This document shows, piece by piece, positions 1-18,517 of a DNA stretch of 64,000 bases. The notes under the pieces were generated by a model. That model did not search any database and had not been told where the DNA came from. It worked only from the letters and a program-made list of their open reading frames with translations. Source of the DNA: Ptychomitrium polyphyllum. Taxonomy: Eukaryota. The translations under genes and the position numbers were made by a program. Positions within the stretch are counted from its first letter, which is position 1. Each line of letters starts with the position of its first letter. The stretch is from contig OZ316776.1 of assembly GCA_973851085.1 (NCBI GenBank), positions 2,356,001 through 2,420,000 of the forward strand, written 5' to 3'.

Positions 1-185
1 CCAGACCCTTCGGTTTCACCCTCATCACATAGTCCTGCTGAGGCTATAGAACCGCTTCTGGGCCATGCCAACTTTTTCTTGGCATTTCTGTTTGATGAAC
101 TGGATGCATTCCCATATCTTGGGTATAGTGAGGATGCTTGCCTAGGTGCATTCGCACGAAGGGACGCAAATCCAGGTTGCATCAT
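1..185 (-). CDS. Possible 5' part of a protein-coding gene running off the window edge (MMQPGFASLRANAPRQASSLYPRYGNASSSSNRNAKKKLAWPRSGS...)
   Basis: Frame is open from ATG at 185 to position 1 on the minus strand; upstream splice-like signals (donor AG|GTAAG at 1055, acceptor TTTTTCAG at 388). No recognisable domain. Confidence 0.25.
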   Translation of the reverse strand, partial: MMQPGFASLRANAPRQASSLYPRYGNASSSSNRNAKKKLAWPRSGSIASAGLCDEGETEGS

Positions 186-1827
186 CAGATGATTCTGTTT
201 CTTGCAAACCAACCGAAGTCGGCAAGGACGTGGACAGGAAGACGATCAACTCGTTCTCAAGCACTTCAGGAGGTAAATCTCTCCGCATTCTCGACATGAT
301 GGAGATTAAGTGCTTCCTCAATTTACTGAAAATCATTGAGACAGCTCGGGGTTACTCTTTAAGGGAAGGCTTAAGATCATCCCTCAGCTGAAAAACAGAT
401 CGGCTTCACATTAGGGTTACCAAACTACACAGAATGTACACATGGCTCACCCATGCCTCATTTTCCTCTACGATACATTGTTGATGGAAATCTTTGAATA
501 CAATCCGATATAAAGACTCTGAAATTAGATCTATAGAGTATTCAGGTTTCCCGTAACCATCGAACGCAAACGAAGGAAGGCTAAGGTCTTTGTAGTACCC
601 TAAAACTCTTGCTTAGTTTCAACACGCAATGAACTATATCATAAACCTAGCCGCATACTGAGGGCCGGTGCTCAAGCCCTGCAATATCGCTGCAGAGAAA
701 CCACTCATGACCCGATATATCTTTCCAAACTGTAAAAAGATATACCTCGTGAGGTAAACGTGTTGATGGCGGACTTCGTCTATCTAGCACCACTTGAAGC
801 GCCACAAACGTCCAGCTAAGACTATCACGTCAAGCTCAGAGCTTAATGAAAGATGTACATTAAATTTACAATAAACAAAAAGATACAGATGCTTCCTCAC
901 TAGCCCCTAACCATGTTGGTGATGGAACCCACCCGTTCAAACCAAATACTGAACGCAACATCGATGAGTTCCGACGACAGACAAACTCCGGAATCCAGAG
1001 TTGAAGACTTCCAATGCTGCGACGTCTAGGTTTTCATATCAGCCAACTTCCTTACCTCTTTGTAAAACGCACTCTCAATATCACCATGCCACAAGCGGAT
1101 CACAGCACAAAGCTAATGATGGACCTTTAAGCTTAAAATTGCACGAATTTGCTGTGCATGCGAACGGTGGTTAAGTTATAGTGTTGAAAACAAAGGTAAT
1201 CACAGCTTTTTTGTTGTTTCCACCACTAAATACGCTAGATCGCAAGATGGTTGGCAGTAAATAACAACATTCAAAAGTAATCACTTGTTTTCGTCACTAC
1301 ACTAAATAGGTTTTTCAGTTCGTTCACCCAAACATCTACAAATGGCAATCTTTAGGAATCTAAAATCTACACAAATGCACTAAAATCATTGCGGCAAACA
1401 TCCTTTGGCCCCTCTACACCAAAACTGTATTTACTGATTAGGATTGTTCGTCCTCTCTGAATTGATCACTGCTAGTCTACACAGATTGTTGAAAATACAA
1501 GTTCTTGGACTGCACAGCTTTATGCCTTTCAGGCGATATTAAGACATACGTTTTGAATACAGACTCAATTGACCTTCTTCCCACAAATGTTACGATTCCA
1601 AAGGTGACTACAGCTTCAACTTCAACCGGTAATCACCCAAAAAATTGCAATTACCAAAAAAGACCAACGCATACTCTCATCGAGCTTAACGGATCCGAAA
1701 CTTGGATTCAGAGTTTCCAAAATTTACATGTTTATCAAAACTCAGAATCCTGGACGATTTAATCATCACACCGCAGCATCCCTAAACCCTAAGCTATGGA
1801 TATGAATCCGCTAATAATTGCAACACC

Positions 1828-2520
1828 TCACTGGCATCCGTCTCTAGTACAGGCGCCCGTCGGCGCATCTTTTGCTTCCGGCTTCCGGCTCTTGACAGCC
1901 ACCTCAAAAGCCTCCAGAAAAGCCTCCGAAGGCTGAGCACCCGAAATCTGGTACCGCCCGTCGATCACGAAGTGCGGCACGCCCGAGACTCCCCGACGGA
2001 ACTTCCGCTCCTCGGCCAACACCTCCTTCAACCCCGCCTGCGGATCCTCCAGAAACACTTGGCTCCCCTCGACCCCGACCTTCTCCGCGGCCGCAATCAA
2101 CACCTTCCTATCCCCGATGTACTTCTCCTGCGTGAAGAAGTTCAAAAAGAGCTCCTCCACGAGCGCGTTCTGCTTCTCCAAGCTCTGCCTCCCGGCGAGC
2201 TCCAGCAACCGGTGGCTGTCCAGAGTGCTACCAGTCAATCCCCCCATCGAATACTTGTATCCCAGCTTCGCGAACGCTCCCCCGACGCGGTCCAGAATCA
2301 TCTGCATCCTGCCCTCTCCGAATTTCGCCTTGTAGTACTCCATCTTGTCCACCCCTTCCACCGCTGCATCAGGATTCAAGAAGAACGGGTGCCACTTCAC
2401 CTCAAAATCATACTTCTCCTTTACTGCAGCAACCGCTTGCTCCAAGTGCTTCTTCCCGACGAAACACCATGGACAGATCGTGTCCGAGGTCACGTCCACC
2501 CGTATCACCTTCCGCGCCAT
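1828..2520 (-). CDS. DsbA/FrnE-like thioredoxin-fold dithiol-disulfide oxidoreductase, 230 aa, single coding exon
   Basis: SDTICPWCFVGK (CPWC active site), WHPFFLNP, GVSGVPHFVIDG..ISGAQP motifs typical of the DSBA/FrnE family; GC-rich codon usage. Confidence 0.9.
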   Translation of the reverse strand: MARKVIRVDVTSDTICPWCFVGKKHLEQAVAAVKEKYDFEVKWHPFFLNPDAAVEGVDKMEYYKAKFGEGRMQMILDRVGGAFAKLGYKYSMGGLTGSTLDSHRLLELAGRQSLEKQNALVEELFLNFFTQEKYIGDRKVLIAAAEKVGVEGSQVFLEDPQAGLKEVLAEERKFRRGVSGVPHFVIDGRYQISGAQPSEAFLEAFEVAVKSRKPEAKDAPTGACTRDGCQ

Positions 2521-3049
2521 CGCACCACTCCACTACCTCCTCTCCAAGATGACAGTTTTCCTAGACAGTCTCTGATCGAAAAGCTGACAGTTTTGCTAAC
2601 TTAAGAGGAAAGTACGATAGAGTTCACTACAATTATGAGCAGGTATCGAATCTGTGTCGGCTGTTGATGAATTTTTGTGAAGAAAGCATGATCTTCTGTG
2701 AATGATGAGTTGTTGGGGAGAATGTATAGTGGCGACTGTGGCCATGTTTGGAAACCGGAAGCTCTGAGCGAAAGTCGGCGGTTTGGGTTGCAGTTCGGGC
2801 CCTTCGAAGGAACCATCGTGCTCTTGGATGATCTCTGTTCAATTATGTGGATGAATCGTGTGAATAGTTTCTGCTTTGTTGCTGCCGCTGGAATGTTCTG
2901 GTAGCGCGCGGCTTTCCGCTGCTGCAAGCGGCAGTTCACGGTAGCGTGCGGTGTCTTAAAAGTCGGGAGGGGAGGTAAGGGCACCTTTCTCCGACAGGGA
3001 CTTCATTTTGCCACCCAGCTTATATTTAAAATGGGAGATGCTGGTTTCA

Positions 3050-5985
3050 GGATCTACTGTAAACTAGACTGAAAATGGTGTTTAATGTTACAAATTCTAA
3101 ATAACAATATTCTTGAATGTCAACAAGTTTTTTATTGGAATAAGTATAGTTTTTTACCTATTTTTTTGTGGTTGGTATCATTCATTAAGTATTTCACCAT
3201 GAGAATAAATATAATACAACACTAAGTATCATTTTTAATGTGGTATGTACTATAATGTTGAGTACAGCTAAGAGAAGACATTGTAGTATAGCATTCTTTA
3301 ATAAAAGATTAGAATATCCTTTGGATTGACAATTGGAAACAATAATTAAATATGTTTTATAATGATATAAGACTCTGAAAAAATATGCAATTAATGTCAC
3401 AGATTTTATAAGTTATAAAAGGTATTTAAATTCAAATCTTTATTGGATTGTTATTTTTTTGATGTAATTTCTATTGTTTATAATGCTAAAGTTAAATAAA
3501 TTTTTTAATTCTATTTTTTGAATTTTGAATTTAATACTAAAATTAACAAATTACTTTAAAATTCAAAAACTATTACATGATGTGAAACTAAATTAATGCA
3601 TTGTACTTATTAAATATTTTTTTATAAGCAAAATAAAGCATGTTAATCCACAAAATTAAGAATATTATTTAAATCTATTGATTAGCAATGGATAAAACAA
3701 AGAAACAAAAAAAATGTACAAATGTACAAGCAAACTTATGACATAAGATAAATTATGTATATACTATAATAATGAGATATTATTTCAAATCTTCTCCATG
3801 TTTTTATCAATCTTTTAAATTACAAAAATCACAATAGAAATTATAAAGAATTAAATGTTAAGAATTATAACCTGGTGATAATAAAAAATCACTAGGTTGT
3901 AATAAAAATTATAGTTTTCACAATTAAAATTATATTCCTAATAACCAAAATTCATTATTTCATTATATATGTATTTATTTTCCACTAGGTCTTATTACAA
4001 CATTTTTATATTGATTTGCAAACTATTTCAAGGAAGATTTAATAATGTGATATAATGTAAGTAATTAAATACTCATGAATTATTATAACCTAGTGATGTT
4101 TTAACAAGATAGTCATTTTGTCACAAATGCAAGGCAATAGACGAAACAATAACAAAAAAGTATAATATATTTATAAATTAAAAATCATATTAATAACATT
4201 AATGATTTCACGGCTTCAAACAATGCATATCAAAGATTGCACCACAATTTGTATTGGCAAGATTGGTATACATCTTACTTGCATCATATTTCTATCATTA
4301 CATCATACTATAAAATAAAAATATTTTTATATTTTTATAAAGTAAAATTTTAGAAAAACTTCAATGAAAGGTTTTTTTGAATCTCTAAAAGATTCTTAAA
4401 TCTATGGAAGATTTTGAATCTTTAAATAATGACTAGATGTATATAAGGTGTTTAGATTTTTTTTTAAAGTTTGTAAATCTATGTTTATTACTTATATGTT
4501 TGTAACAACTTCTTTACATCCAAACATTATATTATTTGAATTATTATGTTTCCAAAAGAACTTCAAATGCTTAGAATAGATAATGTTTTACAACTAACTC
4601 TAAATATTTGTATTTTATTGCTTATGTAATGCATAATGATACTTATGTTGCTTATATGCATATCAACATAAACAATATAAATTAGATTATAAATAATAAA
4701 AATATAATCTTTGGTTCACATTATAAACAACAACAAATATTGTGTTCATATTGTTAATAATATAAAAGAGAAAGAAAATAATATTTAATTTTAAATGGTT
4801 GTTGTATAGTTATTTTTATATTAATAATTAATCAAAGTATTGTAAAAAAATAATTTAAATTATGTATTGATGTAGAAATGCATATTAAAAAAAGTTAAGA
4901 GATTTTGAAAGGTAATATGAAATTTATAATAAAAAAATGAAGACTTATATCACAAAGATACAATTACAATATGCACCATTATCATTTAGAATTTTAAAAA
5001 AAAATCTTTGGTTTAACATACCATTTTTACAATTAAACTTTTTACATCTTCATTATACTATTTTTTTAAAATTTTTAAAAGGTGTTTTAATAACAAACAT
5101 CTAATTCAAAAAACTATTATGAATCATAATATTTTGAAGCTATGTTGAAATATACAACTCTTTTATCTTGATATCACAAAATTTAAATAAGACAAATTTT
5201 AAGGATTTTGAAACCTTAATAATTAATAGAATTTTACAAAGAATTTTAATTTTATTCTTAAAATTAATATCCTTTGAAGTGTGTAAATTGCATGTTTAAA
5301 TAATTTTCTTTACCTATAGTTATTTTTATTTTTCTTCTAATTAATTGCTTTTAAGAATTTATAATCTAAAAATGTTTGCATAACCATATATGATATACAA
5401 ATTAATATGGACCAATTTAAATAGCTCAAAGGATGTAATTAGAATGTGAAAAAAATACTTGAAAGTTTTATTTTGAATTTTCATTAGTAAACATATGTAT
5501 CAAAAATAAGAATATTTGTTTTAAAAACCTATAATAATTTATATCAATTAAATCAATTTCCATTTAAAGAAACATCCATCAAATAATATAATGTTTTAAA
5601 AATGTTTTTTGGAAATGAATTAAATATTTTTAATAAATTATATACTTTTATATTATAAATATCATCTACCTATTGTATTTATAAAGAAAATCTATCCACC
5701 TTGTGCATTGACCAAAGCTATGCAAAAATTCACTCTTCTTGTATAATATATAAAATCAAGAAATACAATTGATTGCTCAAAATCCAAAGAAGAATCTACT
5801 TACAAAAACTATGTCCAGTATACTTATTTCTAATAGGTAACAATATATCCAAAACAACTTACAAAATATAAGCATGGAAAACCTTGTTAATTAATTAATA
5901 GAAAATGCAACTAGGTTGAAGAATGAATAACATAAAATATAACATACAACGTCTTGCATAGTGTCACTTCATAATACTTGCATAT
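3050..5985. other. Very AT-rich intergenic block, probably decayed transposon DNA
   Basis: Abrupt switch to strongly AT-rich, CpG-poor sequence with no credible ORF; family not identifiable by eye. Confidence 0.4.
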
Positions 5986-6526
5986 TGTTAGGGACACAAG
6001 AAACAAGAAGCAGAAACGAAGTGTTTCCCAAAAATTAGCTTCCAAAGAGCTAATGATTAACAAGAAGTTGATACAAAGACTAGAACAAAGTAGGATTCAA
6101 GATGATCCACAATTTATGTTGGCAAGACTAAGGAATACCTTATCTTGCCTCCTATTTATACTAGGACGTTTGTATCTCCTATGATACTTCTAAAGAAGCT
6201 TCTTACAAGGCTTAAGAATGTTCTGGAAGTCTAAGGAACCTTCCCAAGAAGTTTCCTAAGATGTTGGAACCTTCCTAAGTAGCTTCTAAGGAGTTGGAAC
6301 CTTCTTTGGAAGTTTCCTAAGGTAGCGGAACCTTCTTAGGAAGTTTCCTGAAGAGGTAGAACCTTCCTAGGAAGTTTCCTAAGGTGGAGGAGCTTTCATG
6401 GGAAGCTTCCTAAAAACATAAAAAAGGCTATGGAGACATCTAAAAGTATTCTAAGAAACTATTCTAGTATACTAGAAAGTTCTAGAATGTTCTAAGGACT
6501 ATATTGTATGATTTATGTCCGTGACA
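5986..6526 (-). mobile_element. Solo LTR (541 bp) of the element-C family with near-perfect 5-bp target-site duplication
   Basis: Reverse complement matches the LTRs at 40997-41599 and 46966-47610; TG...CA termini; flanks CATAT (5981-5985) and CATAC (6527-6531). Confidence 0.9.
6475..6492. promoter_or_regulatory. Perfect four-unit heat-shock element (GAAagTTCtaGAAtgTTC) inside the solo LTR
   Basis: Matches the alternating nGAAn/nTTCn HSF consensus; a three-unit HSE (GAAtgTTCtgGAA) is also present at 6216-6228. Function untested. Confidence 0.5.
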
Positions 6527-6669
6527 CATACAAGAAGAAAAAGTAGAAAGAAAATCTTTTTGAATACAAACTAATGTGAACACATGTGCACTTCATTTCC
6601 TTATAAGGCCACACAAGTGGTGTGCCGTAGCATGCACGTGATATGCCATAGCATGTATGTAATGTGGAG

Positions 6670-6721
6670 TGTGGAATGTCATGCATGTGGAATGTCATGC
6701 ATGTGGAATGTCATGCATGTG
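6670..6721. repeat. Short tandem repeat, 16-bp unit (TGTGGAATGTCATGCA) about 3.3 copies
   Basis: Directly visible; each unit contains an RY motif CATGCA. Confidence 0.85.
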
Positions 6722-7312
6722 ATGTGCTATGGAACCGAGGGCGTCTGTGAGAGGGGGGGAGGGGATGCAACGAACGAACACTGCGCAGGCATGGACACTG
6801 GCGCAGCCCGGGGCCACAGGGAAGCCAAGCACAAGGAGGGTGACCCGAACAGGAAAGAAATGGACAACTGGACATTGCGGCTCGCTTTCTTTTGGGGCGC
6901 CACCTCGGCCCCACACGGGCCCCTGCACTGGTGCCGCAGCGTGCCGCAAAGCGCCCCCGTGCTCACTGCCGAGTGCACCCTTTGCGTCGCGCGTGGTTGC
7001 TGTGGCGCTCACTCCTGGCGTCGCCGCGTTGCTTGACTTCGCCAAGGTCTCGCTTCTAGAACCCACATTCTCTCCTCTCCTCTCCTCTCTCACAGACACA
7101 CACATGCCGCAGTCCAACAGCGACAGGCGCTTCGGTCCCTCTGGTAGAGTAGAGTAGATCGTGAGCGTTGCAGGAAGGGGCCGTCTTGGGGAGGGGAAAC
7201 CCTACAGCCGACAGACTGGGTTTGGGTCTAGGTTTACGCTTGGGGACGCTGGGAGGGAGGGAGGAAGGGAGGAAGGGGGAGAAGGGGGTGTGGTGGTGTT
7301 GTGGATCTCAGA

Positions 7313-12452
<5,140 letters not shown>

Positions 12453-15400
12453 GAACCCACTGCAGAGAATACCTGGTACTATTCAGGATCTTTATGAGTC
12501 CGTTTCTGCCACATTTTTGGTAACTGGAAGGCTCTTGACCTTGAAGTGAAGGTGCGCATAGTTGTGCTCGACTGAGACTTGGATTTTTCGTTGATGAATA
12601 GCAGGGTTTAAGTTGAGTAATTGCTTTGTTGCAGTTTGTTCTAGAGTTGCATCTTGAATTTAATCACTGTAGTAGTGGTCTGCTATGTATTACTACCTAT
12701 ATTTCATCATTCTTGTAGGAATTTGTTGATGATGTGTAGTTTCTGCATCACACGCTTCTGACTTTGTTTTCGGATTAGCCCCAAACGTTAAGACATTAGT
12801 TCTCAATGAGCACTTCCATTCTACTGTATGAAACAGATAGGAGTCGATGAGCAGCAACTGCAGCGTTTGGTCCTTCGAGGATTATGCTGGCATCTCATAA
12901 TTAGCCATTTCCACCAGGTAAGTTTCAATCTGCGCTGTTTTTTGGGTTACGATGAGTTGATCGTGGATAGCCTCAGCATCAAGATCTTGAAATTGTTTAC
13001 AATGATGCTGATATGAAAGTGGAAATTTTACCATCACTTTTGGTAAAATTTCCAAGTGGTTTCTCATTGCTAAAACTCTACTAAAGTGCACTCCCGGCCT
13101 TGATGGGTGATGATTGTACAGAAATAAGCAGTTGAAGCTGATCTGCTACCACTTGTACAACATCGAAATATCGTGTTTAAAGCATGTGAACCGCTCTTGA
13201 AGTCGTGCTGGTTACATTAGTGACCAGTTCGTTTATTTCTATCATATTGAGGAAGCATAGATAGCTGACAAAGTTGAAACTTGTGCTGGTATTCCTCATG
13301 CATCTGTTGTGAAGGTGCCAATTATCACCTTTGATAGACATTCACATATTTTAGATCCATATCAAACCCTGAACTACCAATGTGAGACAGGCGCTAGCAC
13401 CCCAACACACGAGGCAACACATAGAATACATGAGTGTTACCTTGAGAGCTTTAGTATCTTTATACATAAAAGCCTCATTTGTACACTAGCAATCGACATG
13501 CCATGTAGATTATTTCTTAATGAAATCTAACCAGAGATTTCGAGGATTGTTTTGCATAATGTCATCTTTCAACCTCACAGTTCGTTCATGTAGACTTCAC
13601 CCTAAGTTGTATATACCCAGCTGCTTGTGACGTTGATGATCGATGCCCATAAACCACGGTGAAATGCCGATTCCTGTCCCTCAGAATTTAATGAAAACTT
13701 TTCAACACGACTATCATTTCCATGCGACTGCAGCGATGGTAGCTTGCTTACTGTAGCTACACATTCAAACTCAGGAGCCCAATGGCATTGACTTCCATTG
13801 CGATGGTGTCCTTGAACTCTTTACGGGAGGATGAGGTCAGTAAGTGATTTCTAAGGATAGACGGTGTTGAAGTTCAGCGCGACTAACTGTAGAGATGCAG
13901 TGCAGGGCCTGGCCACGATGAATCCATGTCCATCTTATGGAGAAGACTTAGACAAGTCCTACATATTCTTCCCCTCCAGTTGCAATTCAGTTCTCAGGTC
14001 TCATTGGTTGGGGTCACCATGACGTTGGAGCGCTCTCTTGATGTGCGAGGGCGATCGACTCGCAGTTATCAAGTTCTGCAGTCTTGGTTGAGTTGGTGTT
14101 GGAGTTTTCAGGTTGTGTGTTTGCTTGCAAGGTTCTGCACCGCCGACGGTGGGTGTCTCTCATGACAGCACGAATACTAAAGAGGCTTTTGTGGTAGGTC
14201 GGACTGTTTTGTACCTCAAGGATACAAGGATGCTAGAAGGTAGTTTTCAAAGGTTAACTACTTTGGGATTTTATTACTCATTCTTTGTTTTTTTTTAATT
14301 TTTATTCTTGGAATTTTTCTTTTCTTATTAGATTTATAAAGAAGGCTAGCTTTGTGTATACCAAATTTGTTATTTTGTACAATCATTTGACAATAGTAGT
14401 AAACTTAGTAAATATAAGATTATTTTGAAATTAGATAAGTATGATACATATGTAAATGTGGTATTATAATAAGAAGGTATAAAAGAACTATTTTAGACTT
14501 ATTGGATTCAATTCTTCAAATCACTTTGAAAGGATTGTAATATAGACACAAGAAGAACATCTTAAACCAATTTTGTTCATATGACAATAGTTTTTTAATT
14601 GTAAATGTTATGAATTCATAGTTTGAAGTTAGTAGTTGGAATCCATGTAGATGTGTCTTAGGCATAGGTCATTGCATTTATACTATATTCTTTCATATGA
14701 TTATAAATAGGTGTTATTTGTTTTAAAAATTGCACAAATACTTAATATCATTAGATTCTAGAGGACATCACATTGCTCTAGTCAAGGATCTCAAAGTATC
14801 ATATACTAAGCTAAGAACCTCAAAAAAGTTGCAACAATCCTTCATGCCTTAACACTTGACCAATCTAATCCTTCATTTTTTGTTTTTTTATAATAACCAA
14901 TAATGTAAGGATTTTGGCAAAATTCCTTAAGACAATGATGAAATATCTAATTGATAGTTTATTTTTTTGTCTTCTAAAATATCTAATAGATATCTAATTA
15001 TATAATAATTGATACTATTTGATGAAATGTATCTAGTTATTGTGTGTAGAAAATAATGCCACCATTTGCGGAGAGATGCAAAATCTTGAGTTCATTATGC
15101 AATCTGGATTATTACTGGGATGTCCATGATTTACTCCAATATTTTCTCATGTCTCACAACACAAAAAGGCATGCTTTTTCTTTTGGCAGGACACATTCCA
15201 AGTTCGTAGAGGAGGCTTATGTGTCCAGTTATATCCTAATATGTAAATGGAATTGTATCACCGTAATTCTGTTAGGGCTGTAACATCAAAGCATTTGGTA
15301 AATGGATCATGCTCATGCCGTCGGGATTAATCAGAGGGCAAGTCTGGAGCAAGATTAAAGTTGAGTATGTTTCAATGACATGCTCTTGTTGTATACCAGT

Positions 15401-16016
15401 AGTATGTGTCTGCAATTTGTGCAGCACATTTGATATTAGGTGACATTATTAACAGTGATGCCATTATTACTATGTTTTCTATCTTCTGTCTTGTGTGGTT
15501 GTTTTGAAATAAGCATTTGTGAATTTTGTTCTTGATGGTGGAAATTTGTAGTTTGCAGTTCAATTTAATAGACTGTATCATTGTTCTTCAAAATAATTAA
15601 TAGCAGCTTGTTGTCCTTCAAAGCATAAAGTTAGCACTTGATCGGGCATGCGAAAAATGCACAGGATGTATTGAGTAGTTTATTTGCTAAACTCTGATGT
15701 TTGGACACTTTTGCTTTAAATTCACTACATACCAAAAAGCCACTTGAAAACTAGTTGCCAAAGTGTATATCACAGTTTATAATCTTCCACAAGCTGCCAC
15801 TTAATGCAAGCTACTTCCAGGGGGAATGCGAAGACATCTGCTCTGACGTCTTCAAGAGACGCATGGGATGCTATGAGCACTTCATGGACACTCGGCTAAA
15901 AGGGTCCATGAAGAAGCCGCGCTTTGGCTAGGAAGCCCTGACTGCCCTAGTAATGCATCCAATACTCTAGATTCGCAATACTATTCAGTATTGATTTCTG
16001 TAGTAGTGAAAGATCA

Positions 16017-16753
16017 TCACCGCTGTTGGAACGATTGGACAGGAGGGGGCAGCATCACTCCACGAGCATAAGACCTGTTGATGACCTCTCTGTTCTTGAT
16101 CTCTCGAGTCTCCTGCATCCATGGAGCACCCCAGCAGACAAAAAACTCAGAACTGTAACACTGACACAACAGATGACCAAAACAAGAAGTACGAGGACGG
16201 TCGACAATTCATCTGCGTCACCATACCCTACAGCCTAGTACAAATCCGCCTGGAGTTTATCACGACGAGATGTTGGAGAAGAAGCGGGACAAACCTGGCA
16301 GATGGCGCAGAACCAGCAGAAGTAGTGGATGAACCAATCCGGCAGTGGGCGACTAGGCAAGTTGTACTTGCTCCTCAGCTTGCGGCGGTACGCGTACGAG
16401 TACACACAACCACAGGATGTGAGCTGCTGGATCACGTACCACACCACAGCTGCCGTGATGCACGAAGTGTTGCCGTCGTCCAGATGCTCCACAACTCGCC
16501 CGAACGCGAGGCAGGGGCAGAACATGGTGAACACGCAGTTGGGCACATCGGCCAAGCATCCGAACAGCCCAGTGGTCCAGTCGTCGCCCGCCGCTGCACC
16601 GCCCCGGTTGTTGTAATTGCCGTAGTAGTTGATGATAGGTGGCGGCTCCGACTGTACGATGGGGTACCCGTGATGCTCGACGGTGCCGTATGACTGCTGC
16701 CCCGCTTCCCCTCCCATGAGCGGCTGCGTCGATTCCCCCAAAGTAGCTCCCAT
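16017..16753 (-). CDS. PLAC8 / plant cadmium resistance (PCR) / cell number regulator-like protein; exons 16753-16295 and 16112-16017
   Basis: WTTGLFGC..D..NCVFTMFCPCLAFG, YRRKLRSKYNL, D..HYFCWFCAICQ|ETREIKNR motifs; GT-AG intron restores the QExREL/IK motif. Confidence 0.9.
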
Positions 16754-17693
16754 CTTGGAAAATTGGAACCACGAAACTCCAACCCTAATTCGCAATCAAC
16801 CAACCTGCTCCCTCTACAAAACAGACGCTCACCGGGATTTCCTCTCCACTCTCTCGTACGAGAAGAATCCGCCTCTGTTGATTTCCCACCAACTAGAAAT
16901 CTCTCGGAAAACAGAAGCTGATGGAAACTCAACCACCTTCACAAGCAAATCCAGACAACAAAATTCAACCTCTAAGTGAATCACTATGTTGGGGTCTGTA
17001 ACTTTGTCGACTCACCGACCACGGGAAGCTCAATTGTCAGTGGTTTCTGAGGGAGGCATACACTTCCCAGAAGCGTTACTGCCCAAAATTAATGTTATCT
17101 ACCAAGTGTTTACATTTGAGTCTCTGAATACTAGAAAGTGCAAAGATGATGTCGGTTTTGTGTGACCAGCATGAATTGTGTTTCGAGATTGAGAAAAGGA
17201 GTCATGGCCACGGCAATTGACGCCAAGTGGGCCAGGTATCAGCAGCCACGCTATTCTTCCAGTATCCGGCGGTGGACTCTGTCTACGAGAACCTGCAAAA
17301 GTAGGGTCTTTGACATGCAATAATTTCCAACCTTATAAGGGGTGACAAGTCACAATCATGTTTATAATTTAATGCTTGCCACTGTGTTCGTATTTCAATG
17401 CATGTTCAGTACGTTGCTTATTGGCAGTCCTTTTAGTTCATTATTTTGGCTGTAGTCAGATTGGCGACAGAAGGATTTGTAATGTATCAAGAGTAGCAAC
17501 AAAAATATTTCCGATGTAACTCAAATCAATAGAACAGTCATCGCTGGGAATTAGTTGCTATTGAACAACAGAGTAGCACATCATACATGCAGGGCGAATT
17601 GGACGGAAAAAGATGTGAGAGAATGGCAGCATTCGCAAGCGACATGATAAAATGTACACGATACAATTCAGCAATAAATTATACACGGATAAC

Positions 17694-18517
17694 CTAGAGG
17701 ATCACCCGAAGCAACGTTGCTTCCCTCTCAAGAGCACGCCTCTCAAGCTCCCCGATCCATGTATTGAATAAGTGCTGGTAAATTTGGCTCAGCATCTCTG
17801 CGTCCACTTGCGTGCTTGTGAACCGGAACGGCCACTTGATACGAGTCTTCCCCTCGCCCTCTGGAGTCAGCTGCAACAATCAAACATAGCGGTTGCTATA
17901 TCCTCATCAATGCCGAAAGAAATACTCCCTCAGTCACTCAAGACCAAAACAACTCAGTCAATAAAACAAACCTTCGACTAGAGCTTGAAACTTAAGAAGC
18001 TCACATAGTTTCTACCACAGATTTCTACACAGAAACTCTTCTTCGTCATAGAACTTCTTAATCAATGCAGAATCGATTAGAGTTTGATACCGATAGATGC
18101 CGCTAAAAATCAGATCATAGATCCGCTCTGTTCGACGTGAGAACAAGAAATGGACAGAGGACGGACAGAGGATGGGAAGGATGCGTCACTAACCTGAATG
18201 TATGCTTCTTGGCCCGGTTCCACAATCTCATCGGTGTTGACAAGAGTGTAGGCCACCTTGTGATTCGCAGCATCGACGGCAACGAGCTCCTCCACGACGA
18301 AGTTCTGCCCGCCTTTCTGGTTCTTGTACAGGAACTTGCGCTGGCAACCCGGGAGTCCGTTCTCGCCATTCACATTCTCCACCTTGTCAATGTGCTGGCT
18401 GGGAAACCCTAAGAAGTCGCTGGCGATCGCCCACGCTCTCTCTATAGGCACGTCGATCACCTTCTCTACGGCTTCATTCCACGGCGAGCTGACGGGAGCC
18501 GGTGCTGCCATCGCCAT
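17694..18517 (-). CDS. SRPBCC / Bet v1-fold polyketide-cyclase-2-like protein (lachrymatory-factor-synthase-like); exons 18517-18194 and 17870-17694
   Basis: WNEAVEKVIDVPIERAWAIASDF, GENGLPGCQR, VVEELVAVD..HKVAYT, KTRIKWPF and a C-terminal helix; phase-0 GT-AG intron. Confidence 0.75.

Noticed and set aside
1972..2604. 210-aa plus-strand ORF opposite the DsbA-like gene (likewise 20103-20795 opposite CPR)
   Set aside because: Antisense shadows of GC-rich coding sequence.
6584..7157. Overlapping 140-150 aa ORFs upstream of IRE1
   Set aside because: GC-rich promoter/5' UTR sequence giving chance ORFs on both strands.
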